Assembly: GCA_041686075.1 (NCBI GenBank)
Contig: JAWLEO010000017.1
Span: 12,256-76,255 of the forward strand
Source of the DNA: Bacteroidales bacterium
GTDB taxonomy: Bacteria > Bacteroidota > Bacteroidia > Bacteroidales > VadinHA17
Reading direction: 5' to 3'
DNA: 64,000 bases
Position numbers and translations under genes: made by a program. Positions 17,906 through 27,705 of the stretch are shown in pieces (positions within the stretch are counted from its first letter, which is position 1; each line of letters begins with the position of its first letter). Below the pieces are notes generated by a model, which was given only the letters and a program-made list of their open reading frames with translations, ran no database searches and had not been told where the DNA came from.

Positions 17906-19321
17906 ATGCTAAGAGGAATAATATCGTTTATAATACTTATTCTTGCCGTTGTAACAACAGCCCAGGATAAAGACGGGTGCAATATATCACTTAATTTAGA
18001 GGGTCATGGCGACAGTTATGTGAGTCTTGCCTATCACCTGGGTAACAAGCAATATATAAAGGATACCCTTTTCACGGATAAAAATGGCCATGCATCATAT
18101 CATGAGAAGGAGCCTCTTGAAAAGGGTCTTTATATGATAGTATTCCCTGACAATAATCTTTTTGAGCTTATAATTTATGACGACCAGGAATTCATGATCA
18201 GCTGTAACAGCGACGACATTAAAGGCACCCTTCGTTTTACAGGCTCAGAAGAAAACAGTGCTTTTCTTGCCTACAGGAAGGAATGGATGGATTTTCAGGA
18301 AAAAGCCACCAGGCACAGACAGGAGTTAAAGAATCTGACCAGTGAGGACTCAATAAATATGTGCCGGGAAGATATCAGGAATATTGAGAAGAAGATGCTG
18401 GGATATATTGAAAAAACGGCTGAAAAGTATGAGGGGAGCCTGCTGTCTGCCATACTTTACTCCATGTTACCGGTTGAAATGCCTGATTTCAAAATTCCCG
18501 ATAACTCATCCAACAGGGATTCGATCAGGTGGTTGATGGGGTATAACTATAATAAGAACCATTTCTTTGATAAAATCAATCTGGATGACCCCAGGCTTAT
18601 ACGAACCCCTATACTTCACAACAAGCTCAGAACATTTTTCAGTGATGTAATTATCCAGGCCCCTGACTCTGTAATCCCGGAGATAAGGAAGGTTGTAAGT
18701 ATGGCCGACGACAATCCTGAAACATTCCGGTATGTATTGTCATTTATTTTCAACCACTTCCGCGACAGCCAGATAATGGGACATGATGCTGTCCTGGTAA
18801 TGCTCGCAGACGAATACTATTTAAATGGTAAGGCTGACTGGGCAGACGAGAAATTTCTGAACGATTTAAAAAAGGACGTAGCACGCGTAAGACCAAGCCT
18901 TATCGGCAAAAAGGCTATGAACATCACGATGGAAACTTTTTCTGGTTCCTGGAGGTCACTATATGACATTAATTCTGAATTTACAATACTTTATTTCTGG
19001 GAACCGAATTGCGGACATTGCGAAACAGTAACTCCAAAGTTACGGGAGTTTTACTCTAAATACAGAGATCGGGGAATTGAAGTTTTTTCCATATGTACCC
19101 AGGATAACAGGGAAGAATGGAAGAATTATATCATTGATAACAGGCTGGAATGGATAAATGGATGGGATCCCACGAGGGCTACCAATTATGATTTCTATTA
19201 TAATGTAAGGGCTACTCCCATGCTGTACATCTTGAATGAGGATAAGGAAATTATTGCCAAGAAATTGCCTGTTGATAACCTGGAAGCGTTTATAGAAACC
19301 TACAGGCGCCTGAACCGTTAA
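17906..19321 (+). CDS. Secreted thioredoxin-fold (TlpA/AhpC-like) protein with N-terminal accessory domain
   Basis: C-terminal FWEPNCGHCE CxxC motif. I moved the start from the TTG at 17825 to the ATG at 17906 (MLRGIISFIILILAVVTTAQ signal peptide). Confidence 0.65.
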   Translation: MLRGIISFIILILAVVTTAQDKDGCNISLNLEGHGDSYVSLAYHLGNKQYIKDTLFTDKNGHASYHEKEPLEKGLYMIVFPDNNLFELIIYDDQEFMISCNSDDIKGTLRFTGSEENSAFLAYRKEWMDFQEKATRHRQELKNLTSEDSINMCREDIRNIEKKMLGYIEKTAEKYEGSLLSAILYSMLPVEMPDFKIPDNSSNRDSIRWLMGYNYNKNHFFDKINLDDPRLIRTPILHNKLRTFFSDVIIQAPDSVIPEIRKVVSMADDNPETFRYVLSFIFNHFRDSQIMGHDAVLVMLADEYYLNGKADWADEKFLNDLKKDVARVRPSLIGKKAMNITMETFSGSWRSLYDINSEFTILYFWEPNCGHCETVTPKLREFYSKYRDRGIEVFSICTQDNREEWKNYIIDNRLEWINGWDPTRATNYDFYYNVRATPMLYILNEDKEIIAKKLPVDNLEAFIETYRRLNR

Positions 19322-19327
19322 TGGTCT

Positions 19328-20347
19328 TTAACCTTTCAGCACTTCTTTCATGTAGAGGATAAGCTTGTAGATATCAGTAAATTGTTTTTTTGCCACCGAA
19401 CTCTCATATACCCATAGGTACTTGCCCTTATCCGGTAAAATTTTTACATATGGGCTTCCCTCCCCGGGTTTTGCCTTTATGCCCAGCCGGTTCAAAGCCC
19501 TTTCGGTCCAGTACCTGACAAGGCCCTCCCCCTCAAGTTTTATTGTCATCCTGGTATGCACAGGGTAGGTAAAAATACCCTCGTCCGGCACAAAGCTGAG
19601 ATCTGAATCAGCAAAAAGATTATTGAAACTTCCTTCCATGGCAAGATCTTCAGGCGAACCCTGTACAATGCCATTTCTGGAAGCCAGCCATACCTTATCA
19701 ACCTCCCTTATTGCAATATGGATATCGTGAGATGAGAAAACAACTGATTTCTCGTTTTCCACAGACAGCTTCCTCAGCAGAGAAATCAACTCATACCTGT
19801 TAGGAAGGTCGAGGAAGGCCGTTGGCTCATCGAGCAGGATTAGTTCTGTATCCTGGGCCAGTGCCCTTGCTATCATTGCCCTCTGCCTTTCACCATCTGA
19901 TAATTCGCTAATATTACTGCCGGCATGTCTTTCCAGTCCGACACTGCTAATTGAGCTTTCAACAATTTTCCTGTCTGAATTGGTCAGTTGACCCAACCAG
20001 TTTGTATGGGGAAAGCGTCCCAGGGAAACAATTTCAAAAACAGACATATTATACACATTTACAGCACCCGTGAAAACAAAACTAATTTTCCTTGCCAGCT
20101 CTGAGTTTGAATATTGTTCGAGCTTTCGCTTCGAAAGCATTACCTTACCCTTTATGCCCGGGTGCAGCCCTGCTATTGTACGCAAGAGTGTACTTTTCCC
20201 TATACCGTTAGGCCCCAATAAAGCAAGCATTTCACCCTTCCTTACCGATAAAGTCAAAGGAGGCAATAATATTTTCTCATTAGGGGTTCCGGCGTTATAA
20301 CCTATAGTGAGTAATTCTATATTTAATATTTCATCTGTAAAAGCCAT
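19328..20347 (-). CDS. ABC transporter ATP-binding protein (FepC/BtuD type) with ~80-aa C-terminal extension
   Basis: Walker A GPNGIGKST, signature LSDGERQR, Walker B ILLDEP. Its start overlaps the permease stop by 1 nt. Confidence 0.85.
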   Translation of the reverse strand: MAFTDEILNIELLTIGYNAGTPNEKILLPPLTLSVRKGEMLALLGPNGIGKSTLLRTIAGLHPGIKGKVMLSKRKLEQYSNSELARKISFVFTGAVNVYNMSVFEIVSLGRFPHTNWLGQLTNSDRKIVESSISSVGLERHAGSNISELSDGERQRAMIARALAQDTELILLDEPTAFLDLPNRYELISLLRKLSVENEKSVVFSSHDIHIAIREVDKVWLASRNGIVQGSPEDLAMEGSFNNLFADSDLSFVPDEGIFTYPVHTRMTIKLEGEGLVRYWTERALNRLGIKAKPGEGSPYVKILPDKGKYLWVYESSVAKKQFTDIYKLILYMKEVLKG

Positions 20348-21420
20348 TATGAGAGCCTGATAAATTTATTTCTCCTTACAATTATCCAGATCAGCACCGG
20401 TATGCCTATTAATGCAGTCACAGAGTTAACTGGAAGTATTTTTCCATTTCCCGGAAGCTGGCTTATAATATCGCTGGCCAGCAAGACAATGCTTCCGCTC
20501 AAAACAGTAGCAGGTAGAAGGTAATTATGCGATGAGGTCGCAAATACCAGTCGACAGATATGAGGAACGGCTATTCCTATAAAGGCAAGAGGACCACAGA
20601 ATGCCGTTGCACTACCGGCCAGTATACTTGTACTCACAAAGATCAATATTCTAGCTGTCCGGATCTTCAATCCCATGCTCCTGGCATGATCCTCGCCAAG
20701 CAGAAGAGCATTCAGCATCTTGATAGTGAATACACTAAATATCAGTCCGCATAAAATGCAAATAATCAATATTTTTAATTGCGGCCATGAAAGATTACCA
20801 AGACTACCCATGGTCCATATCACGAAGGATTTCAACATAGATTCATCACTAAAGTACTGCATAATGCTGACTATGGCAGATACTGCACTGGCAAACATAA
20901 TACCGAGGATAAGTACTGTCATTATATCCCTGACCCTTACTGACACTATCATTATAAGAACAAGAACGAGACCTGACCCTAGCCATGCTGCCCCAACTAT
21001 TGCCCAGTTATTATAGGCCATTGAAATTTTTCCCGGCACCACAGATGACAATCCAAGTATAAGGATAGCAACCCCGAGACTTGCACCCGAACTGATACCC
21101 AGAACATAGGGCCCGGCCAGCGGATTGCGGAATACCGTCTGCATCTGCAGTCCGCTCACTGACAATGCCATGCCGGCCAGCAGGGCGGTAAGAGCCCTGG
21201 GGATCCGAAAATCGTGTACTATGTTTATTATACCGGGCTCTCCTTTTCCCGCCAGTGCCCGTATCAGTTCTGCCAGGCTAATTTTTACAGATCCCGTAAG
21301 CAGGTCAACGAAGAATAATACAAGCACTATAAAACCGAGAAATATGAAAATATATGGGCGGGGAACCGACGTGCGTCCATTCTGACTTGTATTAATATCA
21401 TTCATTTTCATCCGAGCCAT
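20347..21420 (-). CDS. FecCD/BtuC-family ABC permease (iron-chelate or corrinoid type)
   Basis: Polytopic membrane protein with RNPLAGPYVLGISSGASLG, typical of the FecCD family. Confidence 0.8.
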   Translation of the reverse strand: MARMKMNDINTSQNGRTSVPRPYIFIFLGFIVLVLFFVDLLTGSVKISLAELIRALAGKGEPGIINIVHDFRIPRALTALLAGMALSVSGLQMQTVFRNPLAGPYVLGISSGASLGVAILILGLSSVVPGKISMAYNNWAIVGAAWLGSGLVLVLIMIVSVRVRDIMTVLILGIMFASAVSAIVSIMQYFSDESMLKSFVIWTMGSLGNLSWPQLKILIICILCGLIFSVFTIKMLNALLLGEDHARSMGLKIRTARILIFVSTSILAGSATAFCGPLAFIGIAVPHICRLVFATSSHNYLLPATVLSGSIVLLASDIISQLPGNGKILPVNSVTALIGIPVLIWIIVRRNKFIRLS

Positions 21421-22567
21421 CGGGTTTGTCTTTCAATGCGGTATAATATACCAGTTTATGTTCCGGGAAAAGATCAGAACTAAGTATACTGGCAATGTCT
21501 TTTAATAAAAGGTGTGGATTGACACTAGCCGATTCCCAGTAATCATTACCGCCATATTCATTTACCCTTTTATTATTATTATACACCGAACCCTCTGATG
21601 TAACCGGTAAATCAGCCAGCCTTGGATCGACCATTCGTATGTCATTTATTGACCGGGCATTACCAGTGTTGAGCCAGAATTCTGCATTCATTGCTTTCAG
21701 ACACACTGCTTCCAAACTCATGGGAATGGATACATCTGATTGGGATTCATGCCATAAATAACGTCCACCTGCATCTTCTATTAATTTAGAGATATAGGAA
21801 TTACCCGGTGATATAAACCATTTATCTTTGAAGGGTAAGCCTAACAAGACTTCGGGTCTTGAATTTGATTCTTCTTTTATTTTCTTGACAATACCTTTAT
21901 ATTCATCACTTACATTACGGAATATTTTTTCAGCCATATCCTGCTTGTCGAGTAACGCTCCGAATACCTTAATCCATTCTGTCCGGGCCAGTGGATGGTC
22001 CTCAAGGTAGTCTGCAACATACAAAACGGTTATACCCATATCCGAAAGCCTGTTAAAAGCCGGGACTAACTCATTGCCAACACCGTAAACCATGACAATA
22101 TCGGGCTTAATGTTATATATAAGCTCAATATCGTAACCGTTTTCATATCCTACATCGGATACCATCCCCTTATCTATTCTGTTTCTCAGCTTTTTATTGT
22201 ATATAAAGCCGGAACCCGATACGCCTTTTACAAGTTCTATACCACCTAAAATATCCAGCATGGCAAGGTGTGTTGTGGAGGTGCAAATAATTGATTTAAT
22301 AGGTCTTATAATTATTTTTGATGCTTCTATATCCTCGGGTATTTTCGATCTATCATCAGTAATATAATATTCGAAAAGCTTGTCGCTGGCGCCCTGCCAG
22401 GGGTCAATTATTTTGAGCATACTGTATCCGTCATAATCTATGATGGTAAAACGCTCTGAATATTCATTATCACTTCCCGCACCTGCTGAAGCCTCATCAA
22501 CAGGCAATGTTTTGCAATGTGATAAGAGAATTATTATAAGAATTGCTATATACTTTGAATCCCTCAT
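21398..22567 (-). CDS. Periplasmic-binding-protein type 2 lipoprotein (BtuF/FhuD-like substrate-binding protein)
   Basis: Lipobox LLSHC. Domain-length and motif pattern (IICTSTTHLAMLDILG, DIVMVYG) fit Peripla_BP_2. It sits in the operon with the permease and ATPase. Confidence 0.7.
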   Translation of the reverse strand: MRDSKYIAILIIILLSHCKTLPVDEASAGAGSDNEYSERFTIIDYDGYSMLKIIDPWQGASDKLFEYYITDDRSKIPEDIEASKIIIRPIKSIICTSTTHLAMLDILGGIELVKGVSGSGFIYNKKLRNRIDKGMVSDVGYENGYDIELIYNIKPDIVMVYGVGNELVPAFNRLSDMGITVLYVADYLEDHPLARTEWIKVFGALLDKQDMAEKIFRNVSDEYKGIVKKIKEESNSRPEVLLGLPFKDKWFISPGNSYISKLIEDAGGRYLWHESQSDVSIPMSLEAVCLKAMNAEFWLNTGNARSINDIRMVDPRLADLPVTSEGSVYNNNKRVNEYGGNDYWESASVNPHLLLKDIASILSSDLFPEHKLVYYTALKDKPDGSDENE

Positions 22568-24787
22568 TTATTTTATGATCATTTTGTGAACAGAATAGCT
22601 GTAGTCATTTTCCAGGGTCAGGTAGTATATTCCCGGATGCAGTTGTGAGACATCAATTTCGTGCACAGATCCGGCTGCATAGCTGTTAAAAATACCTTTC
22701 AGCAAATGTATCCCTGAATTATTAATTAGAGAATACCTGGTTTCCCCAAGGTTGGCATCCAGAGTTCTTAAAATGATTTTATCAGAGGCGGGATTAGGAT
22801 AAATGTACACCATCTCTGTGCTGCCCGGAAGTGTATCAAGGCTGGTATATACAAGGCTATCAGCAGCTATCACCCTGACACAAAGGTTCAGTGGATCGGG
22901 CTGGTATGGATGATCATAAAAGGGATGCCAGTTTACATTGTCCTTAAAATATGCGGTGTTCTCCGAGACACTTACCGGGGGGCCGTGATAAACAGCAAAT
23001 TGTTGTTGTTCAGCAGAAGCTTCCTGGCTGTACCACAGGTGCCAGGTAACAAAGAAAACCTCCGGTACGGTCACCGGGGAAAAGAAATCGAAGTATAAAT
23101 CGGTAGAATCACGGCTATCCCTGATATACATTGAACGCCGGGCAAGAACAGATTCGGGTTCAGTAAGGCCCGACATGATAAATACGGTAATACTGTCATA
23201 ATTATTTATCACCCTGCTATCGCCTATTTCCATTATAATTTCTGTAATTTCCTTTTCACCACTGACAGTAAATTTTTCTGCATACATTACTATGCTATCG
23301 CTGTTAAAGCCCGTTGTATAACCTGTCCCGGGCAGGTCATATTCAGTGAGGTATCTTTTATTATCTCTACAGTTACACAGGGTATCGAAGTCCAACTTAA
23401 TTTCCTGGTAAGGATCGCGTCCATCGAGTATCAGAGCTCCTGTTTTTGCAGGATCCAGCCATGGCTTCAGACTATTATATATATCAGGATTGATGTCATA
23501 GGCTACATCCATGCGCGCAAAATAATCATTCACACTATTGCCGCATACGGCTTCACCCCCTGAAAGGAAGCCCACCGCCCTGTGGTTCTGGTCAAAAAGT
23601 GGGGATCCCGATGAGCCTCCTTCTGTGGTTCCCTCGTCCCACTGCAAGATTTTCCAGAATCCATCCTGGTATAAATCCTGGAATGTAGAAATAACGGGTG
23701 GGTCATTATCGGTGCTGATTTTTTTTACATCCCCGGATGGATGATGGATGGTGACAGTGTTGGCTGGTGTTACACCCCTTACATCCCATCCTGCAAGGTA
23801 TGGTTTATATATCAGGGGAGGAAAATCATCGAGCCTGACTATAGTAAAGTCAGTGTTTACATCCTCGGCCATCATCTCCGCACCGGATAAGCTGTAATTT
23901 ATTATTCCGTCAGGCCCGTTGCAATATGGACTTTCATACCTGAATACATAAACAGAATTAATTGCATTCTCGGGGGTTCTTATCACATGATTGGCAGTGA
24001 TAACAAAGGGTATATTTTCCTCTCTTGTATTATTTACCAGGAAACCGCTTCCCAGTTCTGTTCCTCCGGCAATTATTCTCATCACAGAATTTTTTTCCAC
24101 CTGCCATTCATCTCCCGACTCACAATTTATATCAACATTGCATGGCTGAGAGCTACCATAATATATATCCTTTGTTTTACCAGGGCCGCTTACACCTATA
24201 AAATCATGTGCCACCTGCCCTACTTCCAGCCTATTGTTTCCTCCCGGAGAAGCCATATGATATTCTATAATGATTTCATCGCCTTCAACAGGCATTACAG
24301 CAAGGCTAGCGGTGGTTTTGTTGTTCATCCGGGTGAAAGGACCCAGGTGCGTTGGAGTACTCTTAGAATAAATATATACTTCTTCGCCTTTCAATAAACG
24401 AAAATATCTAAAAATGATATTAAGAGACCTGGCATTTTTAGATTTGATACCCAGATACCATACCATCTCCCCTTTTTCATTTTTAATAACCTTGCCCGAA
24501 TTATCGGGCTTATAATTAACTTCCTGCTTTATCGCAAATGTTGTATTTCCCGGAATTTCGTAAAAGGCAATACGCATGCTGTCAATTACACCGGTGTCAA
24601 AGGATAGCTCTTTCACTATGGCATCGGAAAAAATAATTTTATCAGCATCGGGAATCCCCGGTCTATGCACTATTTGTGAGTTTCCAGCCAGGGATAAGAT
24701 CAGTAAGATATTTATTGTCAGCACATTTTTTATAGCGCTGCGCTTGTAGATCTTAACATCTGATATTTGACGGTAAATATTCACCAT
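22568..24787 (-). CDS. Trypsin-like (S1) serine endopeptidase with T9SS C-terminal sorting domain
   Basis: Catalytic Ser block TTEGGSSGSPLFD and His block VITANHV. The C-terminus VYIYPNPASDKIIL...GIYYLTLEN...HKMIIK is a type-A T9SS CTD. Confidence 0.75.
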   Translation of the reverse strand: MVNIYRQISDVKIYKRSAIKNVLTINILLILSLAGNSQIVHRPGIPDADKIIFSDAIVKELSFDTGVIDSMRIAFYEIPGNTTFAIKQEVNYKPDNSGKVIKNEKGEMVWYLGIKSKNARSLNIIFRYFRLLKGEEVYIYSKSTPTHLGPFTRMNNKTTASLAVMPVEGDEIIIEYHMASPGGNNRLEVGQVAHDFIGVSGPGKTKDIYYGSSQPCNVDINCESGDEWQVEKNSVMRIIAGGTELGSGFLVNNTREENIPFVITANHVIRTPENAINSVYVFRYESPYCNGPDGIINYSLSGAEMMAEDVNTDFTIVRLDDFPPLIYKPYLAGWDVRGVTPANTVTIHHPSGDVKKISTDNDPPVISTFQDLYQDGFWKILQWDEGTTEGGSSGSPLFDQNHRAVGFLSGGEAVCGNSVNDYFARMDVAYDINPDIYNSLKPWLDPAKTGALILDGRDPYQEIKLDFDTLCNCRDNKRYLTEYDLPGTGYTTGFNSDSIVMYAEKFTVSGEKEITEIIMEIGDSRVINNYDSITVFIMSGLTEPESVLARRSMYIRDSRDSTDLYFDFFSPVTVPEVFFVTWHLWYSQEASAEQQQFAVYHGPPVSVSENTAYFKDNVNWHPFYDHPYQPDPLNLCVRVIAADSLVYTSLDTLPGSTEMVYIYPNPASDKIILRTLDANLGETRYSLINNSGIHLLKGIFNSYAAGSVHEIDVSQLHPGIYYLTLENDYSYSVHKMIIK

Positions 24788-24795
24788 AAATGCCT

Positions 24796-27015
24796 TTAAT
24801 TTTTTCTATCGCTCATCTGAAATACCAGCAAGCCGCCAGACATAATTTCATCATGGCTGATATAGTTGCGATTGAGAACTTTACCGTTCAGTGACACTTT
24901 ATTCACATATACATTTTCAGGGCTATTATTCTCAACCTTTATTATAAACTCTTTATTTTCCGGCAGGTTTATGGTCGCTTCATCAAGAATAGGACTACCA
25001 AAATTATATGCCCCATCAGCAGGGTTAAAGGGATAAAATCCCATGGCTGAAAACACATACCATGCCGACATCTGCCCGCAGTCTTCATTGCCACACAGTC
25101 CATCTTTGCCTGAATGATACATCTCGGTCATAATTTTACGCACCAGTTCCTGGGTACGGTGTGGCATACCTACCCTGCTAAAAATATATGTCGTATGGTG
25201 ACCGGGCTCGTTGCCATGGGCATATGCACCGATCAGTCCTGAAATATCCGATGAGGCATTTTCACCTGTGACCCCTTCTTCCTGGAGAAACAAGGAATCC
25301 AACTTTTGAACCAGGGATGGCACGCCACCCATTAACTCTGCCAGTCCATATATGTCATGGGGCACAAACCACGTATATTGCCATGCATTACCTTCGGTAT
25401 ATTCGTCCTGGCGATGACTGGAATAAAGGGGATCGAAAGGAACTTTCCAGTTACCGTCTGCCAATCTTCCCCTCATAAATCCTGTTTCAGCATCAAAAAG
25501 GTTCTTATAAAATGCTGACCGGCGCATATAGTAATTATAATCTTCCTCCTTGGCCAGTAGTTGTGCCATCTGGGCTATGCACCAATCATCATAAGAGTAT
25601 TCAAGGGTCTTTGAAACGGATTCATTTTCCATATCCGCAGGTATATAGCCATAACGTTTGTAATAATAAAGGCCCTCGAAATTAAGCATAGCCGAATGCT
25701 TCGCGGCTTCAAGGGCAAGTTCATAATCAAATCCTTTTATTCCTTTTTTCATGGCATCGGCAATAACCGGTACGGAATGATATCCTATCATAGTGTTTGT
25801 CTCATTGGCCATCAGTGACCAGACAGGCAACTTACCCTGCTCAAGGTAAATATTCAACATTGCATTTATCATATCGCTTACCCTTTCAGGCTGGCTTATG
25901 GTGAATAAGGGATGGGCTGCCCTGAAAGTATCCCACAATGAGAAGACAGTGTAATTAGTAAAGGATTCTGAACGATGAACTTTCCCGTCGGCCCCCCTGT
26001 ATCGACCATCCAGGTCCGAATAGGTATAGGGAGCTATAAAGCTATGGTAAAGAGCGGTATAAAACACTTTAAGTATTTCGGGATCGCTTGAATACGCATT
26101 TATTACGGATAATTCTTTGTTCCATTCCCCCGATGCAGATGTTCTGACACTATCGAAGTCCCAGCCCGGGATTTCTGCCACCAGGTTTTTTTCAGCTCCT
26201 TCTTCATCGACTGCTGAAAGGCCGGTCTTTACTAATATCTCCTCCCCCTCTTTAACATTGAATGACAATATCATACCTACTTTTTCACCTCTGACCGATA
26301 AATTATCATTGAATTTACCATTTATTATACCCGTAACTCTCTCAGGTTGCTTTGAAAACATTGAGGCAAAATACTGATATTGCTTTGGAGCCCATCCCGT
26401 GGATATCCGTTTGCCTTTCATTATATTATGATCATACTCAATTGAGCAGTCGATGGGCTTGTCCCAGTTAATGGCAAAACCAAGATCGAGGAGAATATTC
26501 ATAACGCCATCATATTCAGCAACATACTTTTGCAGGCCGGCTCTCCTGGTAGCTGTAAGGTGGACGGTAACACCATTGTCAAGTTTCACTGAATAATATC
26601 CAGGTTCTGCTTCCTCATTATCGTGGCTGAAGGAAGACCTGTTTTCGTAAGCAACAGAAGAATTTTCATCCTCATATCCTTCGCTGAACTCATGCATTGA
26701 GGGAAGGAATACGATATCGGCCAGATCACCTATACCTGTTCCTGAGAGGTGGGTATGACCGAAGCCTGCTATCACTGTATCGGAATAATGATATCCTGAG
26801 CACCAGTCCCATCCACTGGTTCCGTTATCCGGACTTAGCTGTACCATACCGAAGGGAAGTGTTGCTCCTGGAAATACATGTCCGTGATAATCTGTACCGA
26901 TAAAAGGATCTACATAATCAACAGGATCAGCCTCTTCTATGTCATTGGATTCTTCCTCCTTGCATGAGCTAATTATCAATAGAAGGATCATTGAAAAAAT
27001 GGTGACCTTTTTCAT
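24796..27015 (-). CDS. GH92 alpha-mannosidase lipoprotein
   Basis: Lipobox IISSCKE. GH92 blocks GHVFPGATLPFGMVQLSPDN, HGNEPGHH and NEDCGQMSAWYVFSAMGFYP. Confidence 0.85.
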   Translation of the reverse strand: MKKVTIFSMILLLIISSCKEEESNDIEEADPVDYVDPFIGTDYHGHVFPGATLPFGMVQLSPDNGTSGWDWCSGYHYSDTVIAGFGHTHLSGTGIGDLADIVFLPSMHEFSEGYEDENSSVAYENRSSFSHDNEEAEPGYYSVKLDNGVTVHLTATRRAGLQKYVAEYDGVMNILLDLGFAINWDKPIDCSIEYDHNIMKGKRISTGWAPKQYQYFASMFSKQPERVTGIINGKFNDNLSVRGEKVGMILSFNVKEGEEILVKTGLSAVDEEGAEKNLVAEIPGWDFDSVRTSASGEWNKELSVINAYSSDPEILKVFYTALYHSFIAPYTYSDLDGRYRGADGKVHRSESFTNYTVFSLWDTFRAAHPLFTISQPERVSDMINAMLNIYLEQGKLPVWSLMANETNTMIGYHSVPVIADAMKKGIKGFDYELALEAAKHSAMLNFEGLYYYKRYGYIPADMENESVSKTLEYSYDDWCIAQMAQLLAKEEDYNYYMRRSAFYKNLFDAETGFMRGRLADGNWKVPFDPLYSSHRQDEYTEGNAWQYTWFVPHDIYGLAELMGGVPSLVQKLDSLFLQEEGVTGENASSDISGLIGAYAHGNEPGHHTTYIFSRVGMPHRTQELVRKIMTEMYHSGKDGLCGNEDCGQMSAWYVFSAMGFYPFNPADGAYNFGSPILDEATINLPENKEFIIKVENNSPENVYVNKVSLNGKVLNRNYISHDEIMSGGLLVFQMSDRKN

Positions 27016-27016
27016 A

Positions 27017-27691
27017 TCATTTACTTTTTAATATACTTTTCAGAATTTGCTCTCCCATGCCTATACGGTAACCTTCTGACATATAGTAAATTTTATCAAT
27101 TTCGCCGAGCACTTCTGCAAGCTTCATCTCTTGCCTTAGCTCTACTTTCAGAGTCTTTCGTTCACCAGGTTCAAGGTCAAAGAATCTGACCGAACTGAGG
27201 ACTTTTGATTCGTCTGTTCTATTACCCGTAACAAGCATATATTTGCCTGGCGTACGGGATAAGTATTTATCAAAAGAACTTATTTCTTTGTTATAATCAT
27301 AATCGAGCGTTATGTACTTCCCCTCTTCAAATTTTGCCAGTGTGAAATGAATATAATACTCAGGTACGGGTATACCTCCCCGGTTTGTTTCTTCACGTAC
27401 TTTCAAAGATAACCTGATATTATCAAGGAAGAAGCTCCCGGAGTAGTCTGCGATGTCACTGAGTGGCATATAGGCATAGAGAAATTTAAGGGCTTCTGTT
27501 TCTTCAAGGTTAAGATTTTTGTCAAACACCGAAAATAATTCTTTCTCCTTATCGGAAAACATTTCTTTACGCTCGAGGAAGTCAGTGTTCACTTTATCAA
27601 GGTAATCACTGTCATTTATCAGGTGATTATTATTGCAAGACATAATGAAAAATAGGAATAGGGCAAGAGCTGGATATATCCGGGTATTCAT
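27017..27691 (-). CDS. Small lipoprotein resembling only the N- and C-terminal parts of Bacteroidota transglutaminase-like lipoproteins
   Basis: ATG at 27691 gives the MNTRIYPALALFLFFIMSC lipobox. ALKFLYAYMPLSDIADYSG is the N-terminal block I associate with the long transglutaminase-like proteins. No Cys-His-Asp core is present. Confidence 0.4.
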   Translation of the reverse strand: MNTRIYPALALFLFFIMSCNNNHLINDSDYLDKVNTDFLERKEMFSDKEKELFSVFDKNLNLEETEALKFLYAYMPLSDIADYSGSFFLDNIRLSLKVREETNRGGIPVPEYYIHFTLAKFEEGKYITLDYDYNKEISSFDKYLSRTPGKYMLVTGNRTDESKVLSSVRFFDLEPGERKTLKVELRQEMKLAEVLGEIDKIYYMSEGYRIGMGEQILKSILKSK

Positions 27692-27705
27692 AATGGTATT
27701 CAGTT

